Shown here one piece after another: positions 26,540-39,770 of a DNA stretch of 64,000 bases; the stretch's first letter is position 1, and the number at the start of each line of letters is the position of its first letter. This stretch comes from Camelus dromedarius (lineage: Eukaryota): NCBI RefSeq assembly GCF_036321535.1, contig NC_087437.1:107696001-107760000 (forward strand), in the 5' to 3' direction. The translations under genes and the position numbers were made by a program. A model generated the notes under the pieces. The model ran no database searches, was not told the origin of the DNA, and was given only the letters and a program-made list of their open reading frames with translations.

Positions 26540-27770
26540 ATCTTTCTATCCAGCCATGCTAGAAAGCCAATTTTCTAAAAATGTCTGTGAACAAATACTC
26601 TGGAACATATTATAAACATGGAAGACTAAATAAATGTATCTTTATTTTTAGGGAACCAAGTAAGTGGTTTTAAAATAATAAAAGCCCATAAAAGGTTGGA
26701 TGCATTATGTTCATGCCTGAGATATAGTGTATTTCAAGCTGGCTCACTTAATGATTGGAAGAAAAATTCCAGTACTGGACTATATAAAGCCTTCATGACT
26801 ATAAAAATGTAGGAACATTTCCAAAATTGTTTTATAACGTTAATATAGTTGAGATTCTGAAGTCAGAAAAGAACTATGTATAATAAAGAAATACTACAGG
26901 TCAATCTCACTTCTGAATAAAAAAATCCACACCCACAAAAATCAACAATATCAACAATAAAAGCCTACACTAACCAATTTGGTTTTAACCAAGGAATTCA
27001 AGGATGGCTTTGTAGACAGGTTATATGCTGCCTAATATCCATTCCTCTTCTCTTTCTTGCTAATAAAATTTTTATTTACTCAGTGATTTCTCTTTTAAAT
27101 TTCACTTTTGTATCTTTCCTTGCAAGGATGCCCTTTGACACAGAGGTAGCCAGTGAACTGTTATCAAATCTACAGGAGCATTTGAGTGGAAAACTTTTTT
27201 TCCCTCAATAAAAGGGGCAAAGGTTTTGGAGCCATCCTTTTCCATCTCCTCATTTCCTGAATGATGATATGATGTCTGAAGCTCTAATAGCTACCTTGGG
27301 ACTAGTAGGTAAAATCATGAGAATGAGATTGAGTAAGTGAAGAGTGGCACAGAGAAAAGGAGGAAAAAGACTGGACCCCTGACTTCATGTTTAAGAAATG
27401 AATCCCTTTCATCTACTGGCCATCTCTTGACTTATTCTCATGTGAGAAAAAAAAATTGCTTAAACTGTTGATCTGTTTTCTGATTATTTGAAAACGATAG
27501 CATTCCTAGATGATATATTTTTTTAACATGAATAAATGCTATTCATTACATTAATAAGCCTAATGGTTGAAACACAGGTGGTCATCTCAACAGATATAGA
27601 AAAGATGTTTAAAAATAAGAACACATTTTTATAGTTAAAAAATACAAACCGAGGACTCAAAAGAATCTTTTAAAATATAATTTAAAAAAGCATCTGCTTG
27701 AAAACTTAAGCAAACATAGTTAGTGACAGAACATTTGAGGCATTAGCTTTAAACTCATAAAGCAGATTTA
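26540..27770 (+). mobile_element. Ancient L1 ORF2 (RT region) fragment interrupted by an LTR
   Basis: ttttaaccaaggaattcaaggatggcttt (GFIPGMQGWF-like) resumes after the LTR as attcattacattaataag...gtcatctcaacagatatagaaaagatgttt (IHYINK..VISTDIEKMF, compare IHHINR..IISIDAEKAF). Confidence 0.7.
27011..27517 (+). mobile_element. ERVL LTR (LTR33-like) nested in L1
   Basis: atccattcctcttc, gatatgatgtctgaagctctaatagctaccttg, catgtgagaaaaaaa, 3' end agcattcctagatgata. Confidence 0.65.
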
Positions 27771-30700
27771 AACAAAACATAATGCATGCATTAAGACTAG
27801 ACTATGCCAAAATTATAATAGTGATTTATAAACATAGATAAGTGCTGAATGGGGTATTTATTATTTTTCTCAAAATTTTGGCTCTCAAAGTCCCCAAATA
27901 GCATGAATATTAGAGAAGCAAACTAATATTCTAAAGGGACAGACGACTTGACATTACTATGCAGGATTTGCTTGAACATAATTTTCTTCAAGTTGATTAA
28001 AAAGCAACCTACCACCTTCCATCATCCCATGCATGAACATAATTGTTTGTTCTTAGTTCTCTCTAGGCTCAAGGTGGAAGACTTTCTGTAACTGCCTAAA
28101 GTGACAGGAAGTTATCTACATTCCAGTGATCATCATGGCAAGCAGAAGCACCATGCTACACACTAGTAGGGTCATTTCCTCAACTTGTTTAGTGCACAGT
28201 CAGTCCCATAAACTATAAAGTAAATGCACTCTGGTAAGAACCCACGTGTTTCTTGTGGGTCAAGCAACTGCCATGGCACCATCACTGGCATCATTTAATG
28301 TGTTCTCACCAAGGAGAGCTGGCTGCTTGAGCTGCCTCCGTCTGGAGGGAGATTTCCAGAAGGCAGAAGCTGACGGTGAGTTATCAGAGCCCATCAGAGA
28401 GTTAATATTAAGGAATTACAGTGTATCCATCCTCATAGAAGAAATTTTGAAGAATCTATTAACACCTCCCTTGGAAGAGAGAGCATTTGGGTGCTTGTCA
28501 CACTTGGAGACATTGACAATGAAAGAAATCCTGCAAAAAATCCAACCTAGATATAAAGAATTTTGCTCTTTCTCTAAACATGCTCCTTTTCTCTCAGTTT
28601 AGGAGGAATATCAAGAGGGGAGAAGTAGACAACAAAACAAAACCAACAGACAAACAAAACTCCAGGTTTTGACACATCCTCCATTGTGAGCTCACTAGCT
28701 GTTTAGACCTCAACTATAGGAGAGAGAAGAAACCTTGAATTAGAAATAAGCTTGAAATTTTGGTCTGGATTTGAAATTTAAGCCCCTGAAGAAAACGGTA
28801 ATTATCAAAATGCAAATTTGTATTTGTAACTGAATGTGACCCCACAGAAGGGAGACTCTTATTATCCAGGGACAGAAACAAGAGATGTGATGTAACACCA
28901 TGGGAGCTGATGAAGGGAGAAAAAATAAAGCAAGTTTTGTTTACATTCCGTTGAGTTCAGAAATTTCAAAATCTGAACAAATTCTAAGAAATTCCAAATG
29001 TTTTTAGTGACTTTAAACATTTTAATGTGTTCATCTGTTTTGTGTGAAAAAAATAACATTAGACTCAATTTATAAGTACTGTGATGAAACTAGAATCTAA
29101 TTTTCCTACAGTCATAATCAGGATAAGAGATAAAACAGTACATGTTTGTGATTCCTAGTTCATTTTTCTGTCTTCTAAATATATTTGACAAGTCTTCTGC
29201 TCTGTCTGGTTCCTTATCTCATGTCCTCTCCTTGCATTAAAGGATTAAATCTTTACTGTGGGTCAAGACTTGGTGAATTAAGCCATTGTGCTCACCCTAA
29301 AATGTATTGGTATCACGAGTAATATGAGGCATATTTGATACTAGTAATAAGCATATGTCAGGGGATTGAAAATTTTTTTCACATCACATCTTTTTAATCA
29401 TGTAAGATTAGAGGTTTGAAGTTGTTCAGATCTGGAATAGATGGATGGAGCAGACAAAACAGGAATTCCCTTTCTCTCATGTGTACTTAGGTACTCCGAA
29501 GGAAGAACAAAAAGTTCGGACTTTATGGCAATGTGGATTTTAGGAGCATTATGATTAAATAAGCAAGCTAAGCGGAGCTCACAATGCCCACCCTTGAGGC
29601 TGAGATTACAAGGCTGAAAGCCACGTTTGCTATTCTCAGAGCAAAGAAGAAAGCAAAGAGGCAGCAGGAAAGAAAACAAGGGAGGAGGAAAGGAAGTGAG
29701 TGGGTGGAGGAGAAGGAGATCATAGACAGGCTTTCTGATCATCTTAACCAAATGCTTGTGAATGACACAATTGAGTTTGTACTATAAAATCATGTTTTCT
29801 TCTGGCTTCTGAGTGCAGTATGTTCAACTCAAAGGATTTAAAGGTATAATAAGAGTCCACCCATTTTTATAACAGATTTTAAAATTTCTTTATCCTACTT
29901 CTAAATTTTACCCATCTGGTCAAACATAAAATCAGAACCAGGGAAGTCTTTTCACTCCTGAGGTTTATTTTGGATACTTTCTGAGTTTTGATCCCCTTTA
30001 GATCCTGTCTTCTCAGTTATTATTTCTGTTTGAGAGAAGCCTGCGGTGCTGTGGTGAAAGCTGCAAAAACCTCTCTAAGTGGAAGAAATGAGTATTAGCC
30101 AAGTGCCAAGAACAAAGCTTATTCAAAGCTTATTATGTTTAGATTATGCCCATAGAACAACTTGGTCCCACTCATTTACAGTGGCTGTTCAAATTGATGA
30201 GCTGAAATGTTTATATGTGGATATCAGCTCTACTCTGGTTGGTGTCTGTTCTTGGATATTTGCAGAGTTCCCACTTTTAAATACATTTAGATAAAACAAA
30301 TCCCCATCAGGGCATCTGGCATTGTCCTTTGGCTGTCACTTCCTCAGTCTTTGCTTTTGTTTCTAACTTGTTTAATTCAGGACAGCCCTATCATGGTTTT
30401 TATCAGCTCTCTATGGCTTTCCTCTACTGTGAAAATCAACGTACAACACAACGAAAGCCCTTCCATCTTACACTCCAAAAAGCAGTGCTGTGTGAAGAGG
30501 CAAGTCACCAATGAAAGGAATCATGTTCTATCATTTATTAATATTTACCATTGATTTCCAAGGACAAATGAATGTATTTGTGATAATTAACTATATTCAC
30601 TCACTCTTATGAACCTTGAATTTTTGAAAGTCCTTTGATAACCAAACAAAATCACTTATTACAAATTTTGTTTCACTTTGGAAAAAAGTAGAGCTAGTGA

Positions 30701-32682
30701 CATTTTAAATTTTTGAAAGGACAAATTGTTGGGTGGGATGAACAATATATCTTTTGTCTCTTTGAATATCTTTATTTCCTCAATCACTATGCAAGCCTTC
30801 ATATCTGGAAGTTATTCACTAGAGTGGCGGATAATGATGTCATTCATCTCCTGTCTGATTCAGATTTAATATTAGTATGACTTAACCTTATTAAAGAGCA
30901 CTCTACTTCCGTCATCAATTGCTGTTGTAGTTTCAGTATTGTCCTATTACAAACACAGACTCTAAAATTTTTTTGATCATCCTCCAGCAGTGCTCAAATT
31001 ACTTCATACTTGACTGTCTACCTCTTAAAAGACAAACCAGGCATTCAAATCTATCATCTAATGTCGTATCTGAAAATGTGTATTCCAAATGTAATAGCAG
31101 GTTACTTGTGGATCTGAAGTGTCAGATTACTTCGAAACGGAAGACATGTGACTCATCTTTGGTTAATCACTTTCAGAATTCAAGAACAGAGATGCATCAG
31201 GCTGTCCTCCAGCTCATTATGTGAGGTCAGGAGTATATGTCAAAGGGGTTTTGTTTGTAAGAAATAAAAGGGACAAAAAGATGTCTGATTTTCAACCAGA
31301 TAAAACCATCAAAATGGTCAAAACATGGCCTTCATTGATTTAGAAATCAAACTCAAAGCATTATATTTTCATATTTCAGAATGCATAAAGATGATATTTA
31401 AAAAATCAAGTTAATTCTATGTTTTCTTACTTATGATCATTTTACCTATAAAATATGAACTATGTACTTCCTTACTAAGTACTACATTGAAAGATTTTTT
31501 TTTTCAAAATTGAAGGAGCTTACTTAGGCTTTTTAATTAACTAGAGGAAGACTATTACAGATTTTGCTTTGTTTCTCTGTCCAAAGTAGTGGTTTCTTAA
31601 TCAAAAGTTTTGCTACTTTTCATTGTTAAAGATTGCATTATTGAACAATTGGTCTGTAGGAGCCAACAAATATGTAACTTATTATAAGAGGGATGCTGTG
31701 ATACATTATAGGGGCTTGACATTATTAAGTAGTTGATATTAATAATATTAAAGGGAAATAACAATATGTATTTGTCTAGCCAAATTTGTGATATTTATAT
31801 TACAAAATCTCCTTAGCACCAATAGAGAAGCATGACATATTTATCTGCTGCCTTCTTTAGTCACAAAGCAAAACAGAGACTTCTTGCCGTGTTCCTAATC
31901 TAAGCAAAATCTAGTTGTAAACCAAATTACACTGAAATGTCTGCTATATTTGGATCTTAGAATGTTTGCCAAATGTGTGACTTGCTTGTGTATGTTGTTC
32001 AGCCAAATGTCAACAAGTATAGTAATATTATACTGAAAACCCTGGCTTTAAGCCTTGTCTTATTTAAGAGCATGTATTTATTATATAAAAAATTTATGTA
32101 ATCAAGTGTTAGTGAGCATGGTTACTGTAATAAAATTAAATATCACCAATCACAAAGCAGACATTTACACTAAAGTCCTGCTTTATCTGTTAGTAATATT
32201 AGAAGTCAGTAAGAAAAAGTCCCCCTTTTAATGATATGGAGACGTCTTCAAAGCCCATAATATACCTGTGATCTTTGTTCTCAGATTTGGGGTCAAAATG
32301 CCCACAAGTGCTCACGTACCATGGATAGGTTTTAGAAGTACATCAAAAATTCCCAAACTTAAATGAAGGCTCCAGTAGGAGAACAAAATAACACATTTAT
32401 TGTCCAAAAAAAAATTCTATTCTTTTAGGGATGGCCAATCTCAGTGTTCACCCACCAACTTGACAACGGGAACAATTAAGAAGATACAGCATCCATCTTG
32501 CCAGCCAGACAAGCTGAATCAACATTTTAGATTATTGGAGTAACATGTTTAAATACTATAGCACTCACAGTTTAAAATTTGATGTAAAACATTGCCATGC
32601 TTTCTATGTTCGTGAAAGAGTGAGATTGCGTATTTTGACGTACTGGTTTAACATGCTAATGAGATATTAACTTTCTTTATAC

Positions 32683-32857
32683 CAGGAGTTTTTCAGCCTA
32701 ATTCCAAGGATGGGGCTCAGGGTGTTTCTGAACCTTTTTGAGTGCTTGCAAAGTTTGGATGTGATAAGTTTGTGTATATTTGGTTGAAGGGAGTGGGGAA
32801 GTTGGTTAGGAGATCCCTTAAGTGGATTTTGACCCATTCAAAGGCTGAAAATTACTG
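32683..32857. mobile_element. hAT-Charlie MITE (MER103-like)
   Basis: TIRs caggagtttttcagcct / aggctgaaaattactg, degenerate 8-bp TSD ctttatac/ctatgttc. Confidence 0.7.
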
Positions 32858-33624
32858 CTATGTTCCATTCTGTTCTGGTACATGGCCGCTTTCTCTCCTT
32901 GTACTCTTCCATCTACTCTGCTAGTGCAGTTTACTGTGTACTAGGCACATATTCTAAATAGTTGAAATGAAAAGTTCAGCTTTAATTGTTTTTGCCTCAT
33001 GATGTAATTTAATAGTGATCTGGGTAAATCCTAAAACAGTATTTGTAATAAAGCAACACCCTAATAAAATATCCTTCCATGGAGCTTTGTTAAATATGTC
33101 TGCAACAGTGTATTACTTGTTTCTAAAGCCATTTTCTATTTGATATTATATAGATAAGCAAACATTGCCATTCTGATAATTACAGTGAGCTCAAATGTCT
33201 CCAGTCTTAGAACAAAACCAGATATAATTCAAGAGTAAGGTTTTTTTTATTAGACCCCTTGAAAATGAACTGCTTCTCCCCCAAAGCCCTACACCAACCT
33301 TACCACACAGGTTCACTGTGGTTTGACTTAAAATGTACCTGAGGTCTTGTAAGTACAAAATCCATGGGAAAGAGCAGTACTGAGTACTATTTGCATGGTT
33401 AGTTGAATATATTACTAAATACATTTTTAAATTGCCATCACCCTTTTATAACATTATTGCTATTTTTGTTCTCTTTAACCTAGAGATTGGGATTTTTAAA
33501 GAATTCTTTGAAGCCCAGTTCATACTTAGTAGAGTTGCCAAAATATTCTACTAAGCTTCACATCCTTATTATAGAGGGTTTTGTAACACTTATCTTCTTA
33601 AAAAAATAATTAAATTATCGTAAT

Positions 33625-34030
33625 TTGGACTTAAACAATAAAATATTTTATTAGTTTCACACTTTCCAGCATTCTGACATGACTCTTCTGATTCTTTCCA
33701 AATTTAAGGACTTTTCTGATTACACTGGGTCCTCTGGATAATCCAGGAAATTCTCCTTATTTTAAGGCCAGCTGAATAGCAGCCTTAATTTTATCTGTCA
33801 CCTTAATTCTCCTAGTCTTGTAACGTAACATGTTCACAGGTTCCAGAGACATCTTTGGACGGCAGCTATATGCATCAATATGCCACTAATGCCATTGGGA
33901 TATGGACATCTTTGGGAGGTCATTATTCTGCCTACTTTGCACTCTGGCACCCAAAGATTCACATCCAATCCACATGTAAAATACATTCATCTTGTCTTAC
34001 CATCCCCTCAAGTCTCAATATATTACAAAA
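33625..34030 (-). mobile_element. MaLR LTR (MLT1D/E-like) with adjoining MLT internal remnant
   Basis: gattacactgggtcctctggataatccagg and ggacatctttgggaggtcattattctgcctac, followed by cccaaagattcacatcc...aaaatacattca. Confidence 0.7.
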
Positions 34031-35579
34031 TCAATTCAAAGTCCTAAGTCATATTTACTTTTATCAATTCTATTACATTAAGTAAGAGTTCAGAAATAGA
34101 GGAAGTATGGGACGATTCACAATTAAATGATAACAATTTTGCTCAATTTCAAAGACACATTTAGGTCAAATTTCAAAACTGATACTAAGAATATTAGATC
34201 CATAAATTGGAGTAGAAATAGACTGGAAATAATGACAGAGGACTAAACTCTTCTGGTATCTCCTAAGGACATGTTCCTTCCAATATAATTTGGAAATCAT
34301 TATCGGCTACAATAAATTCCGAGCTTAATTTTGGAAATAGGTACCTACTTCCCATCATGAAGAGTATCACATGTAGTGTGCACATACTTATAAGAGAATG
34401 GCTCTAGGGTACACACTGCACACATGGAATTCTACCACAGCAACTAGAAAACGCCCATCAGTCTAAGTGTATAACCCAACTCAGGAAGTAACCTGATGGG
34501 ATATTTCTCATCAAGCTTTTCTTGGGGTTTCTTTTCTTCCTCATCTTTGGTTGAACCTGCTCCACTCAGTCCGGCTGCCAGTTCAGTTGTGGTCAGATTT
34601 TAAAATATCAGCCACTTGTGAATGGATATTATGGCATAATGACCAAAAGGCCCATGCTATTTTAAATAATCTAGTTTGGCTATGGACAGTGTCTGCTTAC
34701 TTGACTAGGGTTTTAGATATTGACTAGATGAGCAGGTAGTCATTTAAAAAAACAAATCCTTCAGAAGCGTAAGTTACATTTTTTTCTGTTCTTTGCCATA
34801 CACCTTGGAACTGCTGTTGATACTCTCTAAGGCTTCATTTATTTTTTATGAGAGAAGTAATATTTTAGAATATTACTTCAGAGAATTGAAAACCAGAGAA
34901 TTGAAAGTAGGATTATTAATTTAGGACCAACATGCAGGTATCACCCATAGTACAAAGGTGGCTTGGAGATATGGATTGTCTATCATCACCCCATATTCAC
35001 GGAAACCGGAAATAGCTTCCCTCTGTCATTCCTGACAGTAGCTAATAATTATAATTATTTCTTCTCTGGTTCCAGTTTTGGGAAGGAAACTTGATTTTTT
35101 GTAACTCCGTATAATTTCATCAGTTCTCATAACTAACCTGCAATTTAGGTGTTAATTCACTTTGCATAGACACTTCTTTGTTCAAAGTTAACAACAGCAG
35201 AGTTGGATTTTGAGGCCAAATTTTTCTAACTTGAAAGCCCATGATTTTTTTTCTTTACTTACCTCTATTTAAAAAAAAGTGTTTGAATGTATTTTATAGC
35301 GAGATTATTGTTCTTTCTATGACGCAGGTGAACTGTTAGAACACTCCAATACTCTATCCATCAAATAGGCTTAGCAGTGTCTCCAGGGAACCTGACATTT
35401 GTATACATCACAACAAACATTCCTGTGCATGCTTGTGCACTTCATTCACAAGTGGATAGGGTGGCTCTACTGTCATCCAGATGTCCCTTGTCAGCTATCT
35501 TTTGAGGGACTTCAATTGTCTTAGCTCTCTCTCCAATACTTAATTGATCAATGAACCCAGCCCAGTTGACATTTGCCTT

Positions 35580-36060
35580 TGGTCTTTTCAGGTCTTCATT
35601 TCCTCTAGGTTATAGGGTTCTGGGAGGACAAACACAGATGTAAAATGCCTCAAACATATCAGGGGTACAAATGATTGACCCGATTTTTTATTTTGACCTT
35701 GATAACCTACACAGTGCATGTCGGGTTTCTCTGCTGTGAAACTATTTTTTCCTCTCTACTTACACTGCACTCTTTAGAAGAAGGTCATTGTGCACAGCCC
35801 ACACTTAAGTGGTGGGAAATTGTTCCAAATACTTGGGATTCTTCTACAAAGATTTGTCTTCTCTCCATTTATTAATTCATTTAATTACTGTTGGTATCCA
35901 TATGGACTCTGATATTTATTTTATACCTTGAATCGTGGTCCAACACCATTGTATTTTATGGGCCAAATTGTTTCAACTTTGGACACTGGGAGCTCTTTCA
36001 GTCAGTCTTTCTGTCTGTCCCTTTGACAGTCTCATCAGTGTCTATATTTATTCTATTATT
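35580..36060 (-). mobile_element. L1MC/MD-like 3'UTR fragment
   Basis: tgaccttgataacct, gtgcacagcccacacttaag, ggccaaattgtttcaactttggacactgggagctctttcag. Confidence 0.65.
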
Positions 36061-36371
36061 TAAAAAAATTAGTAGTCTCTAGGATCCCATTTTTAGAAAT
36101 TTAATGAAATGCATGTGCATATATAATTAGAATAATATGCATCAATGGTAACAGTAGGTATGTGATTTCAGAGCAATGGTGATGTCAGTGATTCTCTTTG
36201 TTTCCATATCTGTTTATTTTGATTATCTATTACTCATGTATAAAAACTAATCATATTGTGTGATTCAAAAAGGAATAAAAATAAGCTGAAAGCCATAAAA
36301 ACTTCTCTATAAATGAATGAAGCCTGTATCTCCTGGTGGTTGGGATACAGAGCCAATTTTGAAGAGTTTCA

Positions 36372-36389
36372 GCTGCCCTCTACTGGTCA
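36372..36389 (-). promoter_or_regulatory. CTCF core motif
   Basis: Minus strand TGACCAGTAGAGGGCAGC matches CCASYAGRKGGCRS at all positions and lies in apparently unique sequence. Confidence 0.7.
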
Positions 36390-36939
36390 GCACTTCAGAC
36401 CCTGGAGGAAAAGCCAGAAAAAGCCTTCCTTTTCAAAAGGCAAGCCTGCCATTTTCTGGGCAGTGACAGTTTCAATATCTCAGGAGTTAAAAACTACTTT
36501 GGCCTTTGCTACGAAATCTATAAGCAGATTGAGCTCAAGTACATTCATCAGGGGTCACTCTGTGAACTTAAAAAAGTGCCTCCCACAAATGTCAAGTTCG
36601 TGCTGAGGACTGGGACTAGAAATGGATATATGTGAGAGGCGTCCCAGAAAAATAGTGCACAGGCTGACTTGCCCATACGGCACCTCCTGAATCTGATCTA
36701 AAGAAAATATCTTCCTGGGTGAGAATACTTGGTCCATGACCTCTCTGCTGAGTATGTGACCACGTCAACTCCAAAGCTTAAATACACAATGCTAAGACTT
36801 CTCACTAGAACATCTAAAGGGGAAAAAAAAAACATTTATTTTTTGTACTACTGAATTAAGTTTAAACTGTCGACTGTGAATGTGTGAGAAAGGTCAAAAG
36901 TTTAGCAAATGATTTAGCCCAGAGGAAAATTCATGTCCT

Positions 36940-37840
36940 GGGTAAATAATTACTGAGCACATTTTCTCCTGCGTGCTAGGTGCCACTAAACAGCTACTTG
37001 TAATACAGCAGCAAACACCCAAAAGCTCTCTGCTCCTGCGGTGCTTATGCTGGTGACCAGGGACCAGCAGCAGACCGCAAACACAGTAAGCAAATGGTTT
37101 GATTGTGTTACCAAACCTGGGACCGCTGCTTGCCTCTGTAAGTCAATAAGCAAAGAGGCAATGTTGTTATAAAGGACAATTGCTTTTAATCAGAATGCTG
37201 GCAATCTGGGGAGATGGTGAGTTTCTGTCCCCCACGACCATCTCCGAAGATTCTGCTCATCTGTGGACGTTTATCCGTGGAAATAGGGGAGTATCCTAGC
37301 TGATGAATGAGATACGGGGTCAGAGTCATCACCACACCCCCAGCTCCCAGGCTGCGTGCAGGACTGTCAGTTCTCTGTGAAGTTTCTTTGGATGCTCTCC
37401 AGTTCACACATTTCAGTTGTTTGTGAGATTACTGAAGGGGAAGCCGAGGAAGAGATGTGGTCATTCATTAGTTACTGAGTCTCCATTTCTATTTCTTTGA
37501 TCTGCTGCAGAAAGAAGGACCAACAGGTCAGGCAAGGTGTTGTGTGATTTGAAAGGTGTGCTTAGGTCGGAGACGGGTAGGGTATGGGGGTGCCTGGTTT
37601 AAGACTGGTTATAATACAGCTTTTGCTAAGGTGACAAGGAAAGAGGTTTTCTGCTGGGGCGGTTTCCTGCAAAGACCTGCTTACAATTGGTAGGGGCCAG
37701 AAAACAAACAAACAAACAAACAAGAAACCGCCATGGAGTTAGAGCATTGGGAAGGGTGGGGACATGTTACTTTACTAAATAGAGGAGTTGGCACTGGCCT
37801 CTTTAAAAAGGTGACATTTAAGCAAAATATGAATAGATGA
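36940..37840 (-). mobile_element. L2 3' fragment split by an ERV LTR
   Basis: aaataattactgagcac...ctgctcctgcggtgctta on the left, ggcctctttaaaaaggtgacatttaagcaaaatatgaa on the right. Confidence 0.6.
37106..37685 (-). mobile_element. ERV1-type solo LTR, 580 bp
   Basis: tgtta...ttaca ends, perfect TSD ATTG (37102-37105 / 37686-37689), minus-strand ATTAAA near 37185, many CpGs retained. Confidence 0.9.
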
Positions 37841-37885
37841 CTGACTGACTGACTGACTGAATGAATGAATGAATGAATGAATGAA

Positions 37886-37928
<43 letters not shown>

Positions 37929-37929
37929 A
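37838..37929. repeat. Compound tetranucleotide (TGAC)n(TGAA)n(TAAA)n
   Basis: Read directly. Confidence 0.97.
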
Positions 37930-38004
37930 ATACCAGGACTTTTCAAATTTTTTTTTCCTTTGAGAATGTCATCTTTTATGTAAAAAATTGCAGTTAATTC
38001 GAAT

Positions 38005-39113
38005 TACTCCCAGACTAAAATGCAGACCTTTTCATGAGACCTCTGGGGCTCTGTGAGTTCCAACCTTGGCTTGGTTCTCCAGTCGCATCTTTCACCAACC
38101 CCCTCTGTATTCACTTTACTCCAGTCACATTGCTTTTACGTAGGTTTTTTGTTTTTTTTTTTAATATACCTTTGATCACCAAGCTCATTCTGCCCTTCAA
38201 ATCCAAACATCTTCTTTTTCATTTGCCTGGATTCTCCTCTCCCTGCCATACCCGACTCTACCCCATACTCACCCATTGGTTCTCAATTTAAATGCTATTT
38301 CCTCAAAGAAGCCTTTTCCTGATCATCCCACCCTCCTCAAATTAACAACTCCCTGTGTTTTCCTTCTAATACTTCTCACTCTTACATTCCAGTATGGATT
38401 TGTTGAATTGTTAGGTAGTTAGATAAGTGGGGACACCGGGCAGACAGGTGGAGGAGAGGGAGGATGGTCTGGAAGTTGGCGTTATTCCTGCCTCCAGCAT
38501 AAAGGGGTTTTACTTCTTCTAAATGACTGACAGCAAGAAACCGTTAGAACCGAGTAGCCACAACTGATCGGAGGCAAGAAGGACTTAAACAGACATGACC
38601 CGATGTTCATTGTAATACCATAAGCTGTTGAAGTTAACCCCCCTCCCATGGCTTTTTCTGTGTAAACCATGGGTAAGGACATGTGCAAAAGGGACAAACG
38701 TGACTAAGCATCCAGGGACTAGAGCTGTCAATCATTCAAAAGATCATCTCTAAGTGAGGGTGTAAGAGAAAGGGGAGACAAAGACGTCTGCTTTTCCCCC
38801 TTGGGTCAGCCCACCTCCTGTTCTAGGAGAAGAACTTTTCTTTTCCTAAATAAATCTTTTAAAATCTTTCGCTATACAATGCACTGCCTCCCCTCTGTAA
38901 TCTTGTCTGTCAAGTATGAAAGAACTGGTGTCTTTTCCTTTTCCTTTTGGGGTAACAGAATGTTTGCCTCCTCCCACTTCCTGGCCACCCTCCACCAGTC
39001 TGTAAGCTCCCTGAGATCAGGGGTTGTGCCTTTATTGTAAACGCTCTTCCCAGCACCTATGTAGTTGGTTCATAATAGTTACTTAATAAATATTTGTTAA
39101 AGTAGTGAATAAA
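38005..39113 (+). mobile_element. L2 3' region split by an ERV LTR
   Basis: aaatgctattttcctcaaagaagccttttcctga on the left; ctgtaagctccctgagatcaggg...cccagcaccta...ttaataaatatttgttaa (L2 terminus) on the right. Confidence 0.75.
38409..38957 (+). mobile_element. ERV1-type solo LTR, 549 bp
   Basis: Inverted ends tgtta...taaca, perfect TSD GAAT (38405-38408 / 38958-38961), AATAAA at 38849-38854. Confidence 0.92.
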
Positions 39114-39611
39114 TTAAGTTCTTTGAGTAGTTTTTTGTTTGTTTATTTGTTTTCTTATGTATGCAAACTTGATTATCTGAACTATTAGGAGGAGACTCAT
39201 GCAGGCATCCTTCAAAAGTATAAAATTATTTGGTGCCTTCTCAGTCATTAGCTAAATTTGAGTCCTAGATATAAGAAGCCAAATGTGATGGAAGAAGAGA
39301 TTCTTGATGTTGAGAAGTTTGTCTATATTTTCTTGGAGTTTTGTATTTAAATCTGTTCTCTGTGGTGATGGGATTGTAGAAAAGAGAAATGTAGTAGTTT
39401 TGAATATATCAGTGATTAATTTGGCATCAGTCTTAAAGGAGAAAAGAGAAGCAGAGGGAGATGGATGGGGAGAGACCCAAGACAGCACCTCTTCTGTGTT
39501 GCTGGAGGAGGCAACTTTCTAAATTACTTTGAAGGGTCATCGTGTCCCCTTAAATGAAAGGATAATTGCCTGAGCTAGTGCTTAGAAAATCCATTTGAAG
39601 GGTTTTTAGGG

Positions 39612-39770
39612 CAGTGGTCTCAATGCTAACTACACTATAGACTCACTAAGAGAGTTTTTATAAAATGCAGATGCCCAGGCCCCACACCCTAGACTAGTTT
39701 TATCAGACTTTCTAAGGGAAAGACATAGGCACTGATAGTTTTAAAAATACCCCAGGTATTGCTAATTTTA
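39612..39770. mobile_element. MER5A-like hAT-Charlie MITE
   Basis: cagtggtctcaa...aaaatgcagatgcccaggccccacaccctaga...ttttaaaaataccccaggt. Confidence 0.75.

Noticed and set aside
28246..28602. 118-aa ORF with protein-like composition
   Set aside because: Non-ATG start and no recognisable homology. The ORFs at 29584, 39905, 44212 and 58821 were rejected for the same lack of recognisable homology.
30817..30831. CTCF-like cactagagtggcgg (also 10160 and 6857)
   Set aside because: Extra base or mismatches in the core; much weaker than the 36372 site.
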